Source of the DNA: Campylobacterales bacterium
GTDB taxonomy: Bacteria > Campylobacterota > Campylobacteria > Campylobacterales > QNZT01
Reading direction: 5' to 3'
DNA length: 43,755 nt
NCBI GenBank assembly: GCA_026994915.1
Contig: JALWPY010000155.1
Coordinates: forward strand, 1 to 43,755
Under the pieces are notes generated by a model. It was given only the letters and a program-made list of their open reading frames with translations. It did no database searches and was not told the DNA's origin. Below are positions 19,201-26,989 of this stretch, piece after piece. A program made the position numbers and the translations under genes. The first letter of the stretch is position 1; every line of letters begins with the position of its first letter.

Positions 19201-19233
19201 AATTTCAAACTCACACACAACTATTTGTACTAA
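16213..19233 (+). CDS. pelB: PelB-like periplasmic TPR scaffold plus C-terminal outer-membrane beta-barrel, with an N-terminal SPOR-like domain
   Basis: TTG start with an AAGGGGA RBS gives a signal peptide (LLLLSFALSYA). Residues ~28-92 (16294-16488) fit the SPOR pattern (YAVQIGYF...AILCGYGSEAAIRKRVAHYKEAFPGAFL). Many TPR-like repeats follow. The C-terminal ~300 aa is beta-rich and ends in ...THNYLY (aromatic OMP terminus). Confidence 0.75.
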   Translation: MHLSAPLRYLLLLSFALSYAMGSTGSCYAVQIGYFESNPPKSITAAKLPKECRLVPKGNGQAILCGYGSEAAIRKRVAHYKEAFPGAFLTRTTCRKRHASQKKKPVAASHRAIPKKAKTASKERPGITSPNQDRLDALMYQIFLYNNDLSHALKVAKSALKRHPDDLLWQKRLADVLSWSGRSKEAFHHYLYLYEHQKGVQKPKKELSGYGGYDAFFALLGKLYTHPSDAKLLEQFIETAERLGVTEEAAIALDKLYAQTQNPQLLRYSASFYAQAGLQKEALKRLERLRSMKILDAEDAVRLARIYYAKRRFKKAIDALLSVHGQVSANNAAYWNLLTDLYIYRNEDAKVAKLLRVLCLRGGACRQSDYDFLIRFYRTREPLFAAKIAQRAWKTFHKPGYFIQYASIMLAQKRDSELSAEIAKLQGSARRMLERLPLYWMTLADLYRHVGKDTKALEAYAEARRRDPGSAEILKRYGWFLLDLEAPAPLQKILPEVEAKAQHDTSLTVLAAALENKLGHPKKAYRYYLQALRQEPKNIDIRLDLADLLDTMGKRSRAAKMRREVFTELQKRLKQRPALLNDPLFLTHYLRVAVYYLPADAYRKVLTHAQKVLDRQAYLNFKVAWAVYRGSGDYAQFLARQLKKPALWMRTYLTARRHDTTRMRELLYRYGAIMPAVEKVDFQISTGEIAAARETLFKAQEKNPESEALYRQKVSLEKQYANRLVTDMGYDRQGDFENGYVRMKNLQHLSNVLYLGTLFAYGRNTLSGVPGGYNSEETMARLWLKLMTERSEVAFGGGYRNSYSQSGQLFLSMARQFTAKLHTKADLQKNGVADETIDLRRRGEKDQIRLQAQYTFDPRYSISVDAAHSIYRDQDGSKLGTGERYGLEADQRLQFDYPDLVVREYLHAAHFSPRGIRNRLPKSYTEGGIGLSIGKSVTDRYNASWKPYADLSATYHNRFGFYFGGGVGLCGRLFTNDYLNLYLGYSRSAAEDEPLWNFKLTHNYLY

Positions 19234-19429
19234 TCGATAGATTCTGTAATATTACTTCATTTCTCATCTTTAATGGGTATTTCCCCGTTCAAACGATCAA
19301 ATAAACACCCATTAAAGCCACATATTTATCACGGTAAATATAACTTTACTTTTTAAATAAGATTTTAGCTTTCTTCGTTATGATAGATGCAATTTTAATG
19401 CAAGAATTCAACCATAAGGATAAATTTCC

Positions 19430-22051
19430 ATGCATCCGATCAAAAAAAGAGCAAATATCTGCCGAAGTCTGATCGCTTCGATCATGTTGCTGGGGATCAC
19501 CTCCCTCAGTGCCGATGTCACGATCGACGGAGACCTGAGCGACTGGGATCTTCTGGAACGTATCAACCTCCCTGCCGACCTGCCTCCCTACCTGGACGAT
19601 GGAGAAGCTGTTTATGGCAAGTATGACCCTGCCTCTGAGGCATACGCTTTCGCAATCGGTACGAAGGGTACGCAGATAGGTGCGAACACCACTTTCTGGC
19701 TCAACACCGACAACGATACAGCCACTGGTTTTCAGATCTTCGGTGCATATGGTGGCGCGGAGTATTTTGTCAATATCTTCAGCGGTGACAACAAACCCTA
19801 TCTCTACAAATCGGATGGTACTTTCGTGACGGGTCCGCTGGAGTATCGTTACAGTGCCGATAAAACGGTCCTGGAGTTTCTCGTTCCTGTTTCATACCTC
19901 GACAATCCTGCCGAAACGATAGGTGTCATGGGTGATATCAACGACAATATCTTCTTCCCCAAATACTACTCTCAGGGGTCACTGTATGTAACGCGCAAAC
20001 CTCTTAATTTGCCCAAGCGTACCGATTTCAGCAAGCGCGTGGCGATCGTCTACTCGGAGTCGAGCAAAGCACACTTCTACGACGTCAACCTGCCGGTACA
20101 GAAAGCATACTCTCAGCTCTTTATGGCGATGCAGTATCAGGCGATGATGGCGGGTATCCCTTACGATATGCTCTCTGAAGATGATTTAACCGATATTTCA
20201 AAACTGGTCAACTACGATGCGATCATCTTTCCATACTTTGCCTATGTGCCCAAAGATAAGATCGATGCAATCCACGACACACTCTATAAAGCGGTCTATC
20301 ACTACGGCATCGGTATCGTTACTGCCGGTGACTGGATGACGAACCTCTCCGACGGTTCTGCCATCTCCGGTGACTCTTACCGAAACATGAAGCAGATCCT
20401 GGGTGTAGGGCGTGTCAGCGGAGCGGGGCCGGCAGCGATCACACTCAAGGCCAAAGATACCTCGCATACGGCGATGGATCGCTATCAGTACGGTGAGACG
20501 ATCATCGACTATGCACAAAACCACTGGTTCAACTATTTTACGCCTGTAAGCAATACGCTTGGCCAAAAGCAGCCTGTTTCGGTACTGGCGACACAGACGG
20601 TCAAGTCGGATGATATGTCTGGTACTTATGATGCCATTCTGGCCGATAAAACTGGTGGGCGTAACATCCACTTCAGTTCGATTGAGTTTATGGCCGACAC
20701 AAATGTACTCTGGTCGGCACTCCAGTGGGTTGTCTATGGAGATAGTGAGCCTGTAGCACTCAGAATGGGGCGTTATCAAAATCTCTTTGTTGCAAGAATC
20801 GACATGGATCAATCTCAGGAGATCGATGAGGTCAAAGAGAATGACGGTGCACTCTACGATATTATCAAAGGATGGAAGAAGAAGTATAACTATACAGGCA
20901 GTTACTATATTAATATTGGGAACAATCCGCCGGATCAGCAGACGGACTGGTCCTACTCCGGCCCTCTCTATAAAAAATATATCAAACTGGGCAGCGAGAT
21001 CGGTACCCACTCTTATACCCATCCGCACAACACCAATGAACTGACCGATGATCAGATCAAATTCGAGTTCGATGACTCGATGAATATCATCGCAGCGCAT
21101 CTCAACCCTACCTGGCGTGGGGAGAACATACGAGGGTGCGCCGTGCCAGGTGCGCCGGAGGGTCTCGATACGGCGCATAAAATCCTCCAGTATGTCGACT
21201 ACCTCAGTGGCGGCTATTCAGGTATGGGAGCCGGGTATCCCGGTGCGTTTGGATACCTGACACCGTCAGACAGAAAGGTCTACCTGAGTCCGAATATGGC
21301 CTTCGATTTTACACTGATCGAATTTGGTGTACCGGTATGGGATGCTTCGACACAAAAGTATGTGCCGGTACCGCTCTCTCCCGATGATGCGACGCAATAC
21401 TGGCTCGATGAGTATGCGCAGATCAACCGGCATGCTTCCCTGCCGATCGTACACTGGCCGTGGCATGATTACGGTCCGACGACGGGTGTCACTTCCGGTG
21501 CCTATTCGAAATCGATGTTTACAACCCTGCTCAAAACCGCATATAAAGATCGTGCAGAGTTTCTGACCGGCATTGACCTGGTACAGAGAATCGAAGCGTT
21601 TCATAAAGCGAAGATCACCACCACGGACAACGGAGATACGATCGACGTGCATGTCGATGCCCAAAATGTCGGAAAATTTGCGCTTGCTCCGAAACTGCCT
21701 GCAGGCAAAGTGATCAGCAGAGTCGACAACTGGTATGCCTACAATCGAACAAAACTCTTTCTTGATCAGGATGGGGGTGATTTTACGATCCATGCGGGAG
21801 ACAGAGCCGAGAGGGTGACACATTTGACTCACTTGCCGATGCGAGCGAAACTCCTCTCCGTCAACGGTGATGGTACAAACCTCTCCTTCAGTTTCGAAGG
21901 GGAGGGTGTCGTCACGATCAGGACGAAGGGACGAGCGAAAAAATACAGAGTCAGAAGCTCCGACAAAGTTAAAGTCAGAGCCAAAAAGTCTGCTTTGAAA
22001 CTATATTTTAAAAAGTATGGGAAGCATAGTGTCTCTATCCGCAGAAGATAG
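19430..22051 (+). CDS. pelA: PelA-like polysaccharide deacetylase lacking the GH114 domain (CBM-like N-terminus, Rossmann-like middle, CE4-like deacetylase, C-terminal beta domain)
   Basis: Signal peptide, then DVTIDGDLSDWD..., a carbohydrate-binding-module-like start. CE4-type metal motifs D-x-D (20801-20809) and HSYTH (21008-21022) are present. Its position at the end of the pel locus supports the call. Confidence 0.7.
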   Translation: MHPIKKRANICRSLIASIMLLGITSLSADVTIDGDLSDWDLLERINLPADLPPYLDDGEAVYGKYDPASEAYAFAIGTKGTQIGANTTFWLNTDNDTATGFQIFGAYGGAEYFVNIFSGDNKPYLYKSDGTFVTGPLEYRYSADKTVLEFLVPVSYLDNPAETIGVMGDINDNIFFPKYYSQGSLYVTRKPLNLPKRTDFSKRVAIVYSESSKAHFYDVNLPVQKAYSQLFMAMQYQAMMAGIPYDMLSEDDLTDISKLVNYDAIIFPYFAYVPKDKIDAIHDTLYKAVYHYGIGIVTAGDWMTNLSDGSAISGDSYRNMKQILGVGRVSGAGPAAITLKAKDTSHTAMDRYQYGETIIDYAQNHWFNYFTPVSNTLGQKQPVSVLATQTVKSDDMSGTYDAILADKTGGRNIHFSSIEFMADTNVLWSALQWVVYGDSEPVALRMGRYQNLFVARIDMDQSQEIDEVKENDGALYDIIKGWKKKYNYTGSYYINIGNNPPDQQTDWSYSGPLYKKYIKLGSEIGTHSYTHPHNTNELTDDQIKFEFDDSMNIIAAHLNPTWRGENIRGCAVPGAPEGLDTAHKILQYVDYLSGGYSGMGAGYPGAFGYLTPSDRKVYLSPNMAFDFTLIEFGVPVWDASTQKYVPVPLSPDDATQYWLDEYAQINRHASLPIVHWPWHDYGPTTGVTSGAYSKSMFTTLLKTAYKDRAEFLTGIDLVQRIEAFHKAKITTTDNGDTIDVHVDAQNVGKFALAPKLPAGKVISRVDNWYAYNRTKLFLDQDGGDFTIHAGDRAERVTHLTHLPMRAKLLSVNGDGTNLSFSFEGEGVVTIRTKGRAKKYRVRSSDKVKVRAKKSALKLYFKKYGKHSVSIRRR

Positions 22052-22060
22052 GATAGAGAC
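22031..22060. terminator. Hairpin between convergent genes (10-bp perfect stem GTCTCTATCC/GGATAGAGAC, 10-nt loop)
   Basis: Read from the sequence. It spans the pelA-like stop codon (22049-22051) and sits 13 nt from the stop of the minus-strand gene at 22073. There is no clear U-tract. Confidence 0.4.
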
Positions 22061-22072
22061 ATAGAGCAGAGA

Positions 22073-22591
22073 CTAGAGAGATTTACGGTGTAGTTTCATC
22101 TCACCCTCTCCTGAGTTTTTGAGTAGTTGACGTGCTTTTTTAAGTTCGGGAACACTTCCCTGAACGATAAGCAGGTTTTTGCCCGCTTCGAGCACGTCAC
22201 GGTAATGTATAGCCAATGCTTTGGACATACCGAGTTCGAAATACCATGCAAACATCATCGCCAGCAGACCGATGACAATCGCTCCCGCGCCGAGGCCAGC
22301 GATCGCACCGATGAGTGGTTCGAGGGCGAAGAGCGGTCCCTGACCGTTGAGAAAAACGGCCAGCCCACCGATGAAAAATCCGATGAATCCACCCCAGAAA
22401 GCGCCCACTTTCCCCCAGTAGAGGGCATCTTCGTTCTCTTTGTTAAATTCAAATTTGTCATACTCCTCGAGATCGCCCTTTCCGAGGAGGGTGATGTGGT
22501 GCTTGTCGATTCCCTCTTTGATGAGATTTTCCACAGCGATTGCTGCATCTTCGTGTTTGTCGAAAACTGCCATCAATGTATTCTCTTTCAT
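22073..22591 (-). CDS. YflT / general-stress-17M-like domain membrane protein (DUF1269-like), paralog 2
   Basis: 172 aa, colinear with the ORF at 1810-2325 (LMAVFDKHEDAAIAVENLIKEGI...NKENEDALYWGKVGAFWGG...HYRDVLEAGKNLLIV). Confidence 0.6.
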   Translation of the reverse strand: MKENTLMAVFDKHEDAAIAVENLIKEGIDKHHITLLGKGDLEEYDKFEFNKENEDALYWGKVGAFWGGFIGFFIGGLAVFLNGQGPLFALEPLIGAIAGLGAGAIVIGLLAMMFAWYFELGMSKALAIHYRDVLEAGKNLLIVQGSVPELKKARQLLKNSGEGEMKLHRKSL

Positions 22592-22790
22592 ATTGTTCCT
22601 CCTTATGTAAATATTTTCGTAATCTTATTATATTTAAAAATTGCCCGGTATGTCTGTTCGCCAGGTAACAAAGAGGGTCCGGGGATAGCGCGATATGAAG
22701 GGATTGGAAGAAAATATATGTTATCATAGGACTATTTAATAGTAGATAATTTTAAATTTTATTTAAGAACTTGCCAAAGGTATCGAATAT

Positions 22791-25700
22791 ATGAAGCATG
22801 AATCACTCCAAACCAGACTCGACAGGCACTACCGGGCGGTTGAGAAGATTATCCTCTCCCGTCAGGACCCTGTCACCGGACTGCTTCCCGCCTCTACCGC
22901 GGTCAATGCGCACGGCGACTATACCGATGCCTGGGTCCGGGACAATGTCTACAGCATCCTGAGTGTCTGGGGACTTTCTCTGGCGTACAAGCGTCATTTC
23001 GGAGAGCACCACAGGACACATCTGCTTTCCCAGAGTGTTGTCAAACTGATGCGAGGGCTTTTGAGTGCTATGATGCGTCAGGCGGATCGTGTGGAGCGGT
23101 TCAAATATTCGCTCAAACCGATCGACGCACTGCATGCCAAGTACGGTACCAGCACAGGCCTTGCCGTCGTTGGAGATGATGAGTGGGGCCACCTCCAGAT
23201 CGATGCGACCTCGATCTTTCTGCTCATGCTTGCCCAGATGACCGCTTCGGGACTGCGCATCGTCTATACGATGGATGAGGTCGACTTCGTCCAGAATCTC
23301 GTCCACTACATCAGCCGCAGTTACTGTACGCCCGACTACGGCATCTGGGAGCGTGGCAACAAGATTAACAAAGGGACTCCCGAGATCAACTGCAGCTCGG
23401 TCGGCATGGCCAAAGCGGCACTCGAGGCGATGGACGGTTTCAACCTCTTTGGCAATGTCTCCAGTGACGCAGCAGTGATCCATGTCGTACAGAGCGACAT
23501 CGCAAGGGCACGGTTCACACTCCAGAGCCTTTTGCCCAGAGAGTCGGTCTCCAAAGAGACCGATGCGGCGCTTCTGAGTATCGTCGGCTACCCAGCCTAT
23601 GCGGTTGAAGATGCAAAAGTGGTGGAAAAGACTCGCAGAAAGATCGTAAAAAAACTGTGCGGCAGATATGGCTGTAAACGTTTTCTGCTGGATGGGCACC
23701 AGAGTGTTCTCGAAGATACATCCCGGCTCTATTATGAACCGCATGAGCTGAGAAAATTTGAGCATATCGAGTCGGAGTGGCCGCTTTTCTACACCTATTT
23801 GCTGCTCGATGCCCATATGCGCGGGGACAAAGAGGCGGTGACAGTATGGCGCATGAAACTCGAACCGCTCTTTGTCGAACAGGATGGTGCACGTCTGTTG
23901 CCAGAACTCTACTATCTTCCCGAAGAGGCGGTGGAGGTGGAGAAGGCAGATCCTGGTTCACAGGAACGCCTCCCCAACGAGAATATCCCGCTTGTCTGGG
24001 CGCAGAGTCTCTTCATGCTCTCCGATATGATCGAAGATGGTGTGTTGCGTACCGCCGATATCGATCCGCTGCATCGTCATGAACGGATAGGCTTTCACCG
24101 ACATACACAGGTACTGGTACCGGTTATCGCCCAGAACGAACATGTGAAAGAGAAGCTTCTGGAGCTGGGATTTGCAAGTGAGACCCCCGAAGAGATCAAG
24201 CCGGTGTATGTGCGGCACGCTTCTGAACTCTCCCGTGTTTATACTATCCTCGGGGAAAATGCCAAACTCCGGCTCAGCGGCAGACCCGAGCTGGTAGCGA
24301 GGACCATCACAACATCGCAGCTCTATCTCATAGAGGGAGAAGAGAACCTCTTTTTGCCCTACTATTTCGATCCCAAAGGGTTCTATTTCAGTTACGACAA
24401 CACGCTGCTGGTAGAGCATTTTCGCACTTCGCTCGCTTTTCTGGCCTCCAACTGGGACAAGCCCGGGCAGCCGATCATGCCGTTTCTGGTGCGTGAAGAT
24501 ATGCTGCTGGAAAAGGACCGCGATGCCATCCTCTCCATGTTGCATCAGATTCAGACGGGTGTTTGCGATGAGATCGTTATCAAAACGGGGAGGGTAGGGC
24601 AGTTACTCACGACTGTGGCGACGGAGCGTTTCGACGATCTCGGTGAGATCATCCTGGAGCAGCTCTATGCTACGTCTCACCATCTCCATCAGATTGATTT
24701 GCTCTCTTGTGCGGGGAGTGAAGCGATACCACTCAGCAGTGAAGAGATTCACTGGCTGGAGTCGCTGGAAGATGAAGTACTGGTCTATCAGCTGCTTGAG
24801 AGTGAAAATCGTCGTCTGCAGGCGTACGCAATCGAGCTTCTGTGGAAACGCAGAGGCGGAGACTATATGCTCTACACCCGTGAAGGGGAGGTCACGCTGG
24901 CTGAGTTTGCCGAAGCGCTCTACGCGTTTGCGACACTCTATCATGACTGGGCGGTGGTGCGACGTCTGGCACAGGTGACAGGGAAGTTCGACGACCGTCT
25001 CGAAGATGTGCTGCTGGACATCGTCATACGTCAGAAGCGTCTGGCAGTGGGACGTGCCTACTTCGAGAAAGCGACATTTACCACGACCAGTGACAACCAT
25101 ACCATTCTGGAGACGATCAACGCCTTCTGTGGTGACAATCCGGCCGAAGGGGTATTGACACAGGAGATCATCCTGCATCTGGGATATATCGTGCGTACCC
25201 ATCCTGATCTGGTAGAAAACATGCTGACACTGCGTACATGGTACTTCGTGCAGCTGCTGGTAGGGCAGATCGCCAGAGATCGCGGGCTTTCGATGGCCGA
25301 AGCGTACGAGGCACTGCTGGAGCTCGCACCTCATACGATCTACGCGAGACTCAAGACGATTCTGGAAGCTTTCGGCAGTGAGTCGAGAGAACTTCTCGAA
25401 CAGGAAAATCTGCAGTTGCAGGGGCTTGACTCCCTGGAGAGTATCGCTGCCAAAGAGTTGAGCGAAGAGCCCGGGAGTGTGGAAAACTGGCGGCAGTGGC
25501 GTGAGCAGGCGGGTATGATTGCGCGGCTGTCACCGAGATTTTACAAAGATATCTGGCATATGCTGCAGCGCTGCAGTGCACTGGTCATCGGTGAAAAGTA
25601 CCATCTGCGCAACCGTATCGGGTCCGAACTGACACTCGAGTCGACAGCGGGCGAGCAGAGTTTCGCACTCAAGATAGACACCCTTTTACAGGGGATCGAA

Positions 25701-25997
25701 GCCCCCGACTACCGACAGCTCAATATCGAGATCATCGAGACACTTTCGAGACTTTTCCGCGACAATCCGGAGATCAGGATCGAGAACGATCTGATTCTCG
25801 ATGTCCTGATCGGGCATGCAGTACGGATCGCCTGGGAGAAGAGCCATCCCGGAGCCGACTACAATGAACAGCGCGGGAGAGCATGGGACGCTTTTTACCA
25901 TATCTCTCCCAAAGAGGCTGACCGGGCGTTTATAGAGGCGTTTATGTACCTGACCTCGGCAGCACACAATGAAGACAGAGAAGAGGTGACACGATGA
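22791..25997 (+). CDS. GH15 glucoamylase-like protein, full-length homolog of phosphorylase kinase alpha/beta regulatory subunits (1068 aa)
   Basis: The N-terminal third carries strings I recognise from PHKA/PHKB: DAWVRDNVYSILSVWGL, SVVKLMRGLL, VGDDEWGHLQIDATSIFLLMLAQMTASGL, YGIWERGNK, SSVGMAKAALEA, GRYGCKRFLLDG, YYEPHEL, ESEWPLFYTY and LLPELYYLP. The C-terminus also matches (RFYKDIWHMLQRC...APDYRQLNIEIIETL). Confidence 0.85.
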   Translation: MKHESLQTRLDRHYRAVEKIILSRQDPVTGLLPASTAVNAHGDYTDAWVRDNVYSILSVWGLSLAYKRHFGEHHRTHLLSQSVVKLMRGLLSAMMRQADRVERFKYSLKPIDALHAKYGTSTGLAVVGDDEWGHLQIDATSIFLLMLAQMTASGLRIVYTMDEVDFVQNLVHYISRSYCTPDYGIWERGNKINKGTPEINCSSVGMAKAALEAMDGFNLFGNVSSDAAVIHVVQSDIARARFTLQSLLPRESVSKETDAALLSIVGYPAYAVEDAKVVEKTRRKIVKKLCGRYGCKRFLLDGHQSVLEDTSRLYYEPHELRKFEHIESEWPLFYTYLLLDAHMRGDKEAVTVWRMKLEPLFVEQDGARLLPELYYLPEEAVEVEKADPGSQERLPNENIPLVWAQSLFMLSDMIEDGVLRTADIDPLHRHERIGFHRHTQVLVPVIAQNEHVKEKLLELGFASETPEEIKPVYVRHASELSRVYTILGENAKLRLSGRPELVARTITTSQLYLIEGEENLFLPYYFDPKGFYFSYDNTLLVEHFRTSLAFLASNWDKPGQPIMPFLVREDMLLEKDRDAILSMLHQIQTGVCDEIVIKTGRVGQLLTTVATERFDDLGEIILEQLYATSHHLHQIDLLSCAGSEAIPLSSEEIHWLESLEDEVLVYQLLESENRRLQAYAIELLWKRRGGDYMLYTREGEVTLAEFAEALYAFATLYHDWAVVRRLAQVTGKFDDRLEDVLLDIVIRQKRLAVGRAYFEKATFTTTSDNHTILETINAFCGDNPAEGVLTQEIILHLGYIVRTHPDLVENMLTLRTWYFVQLLVGQIARDRGLSMAEAYEALLELAPHTIYARLKTILEAFGSESRELLEQENLQLQGLDSLESIAAKELSEEPGSVENWRQWREQAGMIARLSPRFYKDIWHMLQRCSALVIGEKYHLRNRIGSELTLESTAGEQSFALKIDTLLQGIEAPDYRQLNIEIIETLSRLFRDNPEIRIENDLILDVLIGHAVRIAWEKSHPGADYNEQRGRAWDAFYHISPKEADRAFIEAFMYLTSAAHNEDREEVTR

Positions 25998-26989
25998 TAC
26001 TTGCAGGAGATATAGGGGGTACCAAAACGATACTGGCACTCTTTGAGAAAAGTGCACAAGGGGTGCGGCAGGTGGTGCAGCAACAGTTTGCCAGCCGGGA
26101 TTTTGCAACGTCTGAAGAGGTGATCGATGCGTTTTTGAGAGAGCATCCCGGCATGAAACCGGAGGTGGCATGCTTTGGTGTGGCCGGGCCGGTCATCGAA
26201 GGGGCATGCCATACGACCAATCTGGCGTGGAACCTCTCTGAACAGGCACTGGCGACGAGGCTCGGAACCGAAAAGATCAAACTGCTCAACGATCTCGAAG
26301 CGACAGCGTATGGTATGCTCTATCTGAAAGAGGAGGAGTTTGTCCATCTCAACCCGCGTGCACGCAGGCAGAAAGGAAACCGGGCGGTCATCGCTGCAGG
26401 GACCGGACTTGGAGAGGCGATTCTCTTCTGGGACGGGAGAGCGTTTCATCCGAGTGCGAGTGAAGGCGGGCATTGTGATTTTGCGCCGGTCACGCCTCAG
26501 CAGGAGCAGTTGCTGCACTGGATGCGCAGCCGTTTCAAAGGTCATGTGAGTTACGAGCGGATTCTTTCAGGCGCCGGTATCTATACGCTCTATGAGTTTC
26601 TGGGGCAAAGTGGTTTTGCACCCGAACCGATTGACATGCAGAACCTTGAAGAGGATGTCGACAAAAGTGCGATGGTCAGCCAGTGTGCCCTTGAGTACCA
26701 AGATCCGCTCTGCAGCGAAGCGCTCAGGCTCTTTGCCGAAGTCTATGGACAGGAAGCAGGCAATCTTGCCCTCAAATCCCTCTCCCTGGGCGGTATCTAC
26801 ATCGGTGGCGGCATTGCACCGAAGATTTTGCCGTTTATAGAGGATGAAACCTTCATCAATGCATTTTGCGCCAAGGGGCGCTTCAGAGAGCTGCTGCAGA
26901 GTATCGAGGTGAAACTCTCTCTCAATCCCGAAACCGCACTGCTTGGTGCGGCGCATTATGCGGCGGACAAACTGGCGGGACGTGCATGA
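25994..26989 (+). CDS. glk: Glucokinase
   Basis: MILAGDIGGTKTILALF... is the ROK-less Glk-type N-terminus; 331 aa. ATGA overlap with the upstream stop. Confidence 0.9.
   Translation: MILAGDIGGTKTILALFEKSAQGVRQVVQQQFASRDFATSEEVIDAFLREHPGMKPEVACFGVAGPVIEGACHTTNLAWNLSEQALATRLGTEKIKLLNDLEATAYGMLYLKEEEFVHLNPRARRQKGNRAVIAAGTGLGEAILFWDGRAFHPSASEGGHCDFAPVTPQQEQLLHWMRSRFKGHVSYERILSGAGIYTLYEFLGQSGFAPEPIDMQNLEEDVDKSAMVSQCALEYQDPLCSEALRLFAEVYGQEAGNLALKSLSLGGIYIGGGIAPKILPFIEDETFINAFCAKGRFRELLQSIEVKLSLNPETALLGAAHYAADKLAGRA

Noticed and set aside
19268-19317. An 11-bp inverted repeat (CTTTAATGGGT / ACCCATTAAAG, 28-nt loop) in the spacer between pelB and the pelA-like gene.
   Set aside because: An 11-mer inverted repeat at this spacing is expected by chance somewhere in a 44-kb window, especially in AT-rich DNA. 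The loop is long and no U-tract follows. It could be a weak terminator or operator, but I cannot support that.
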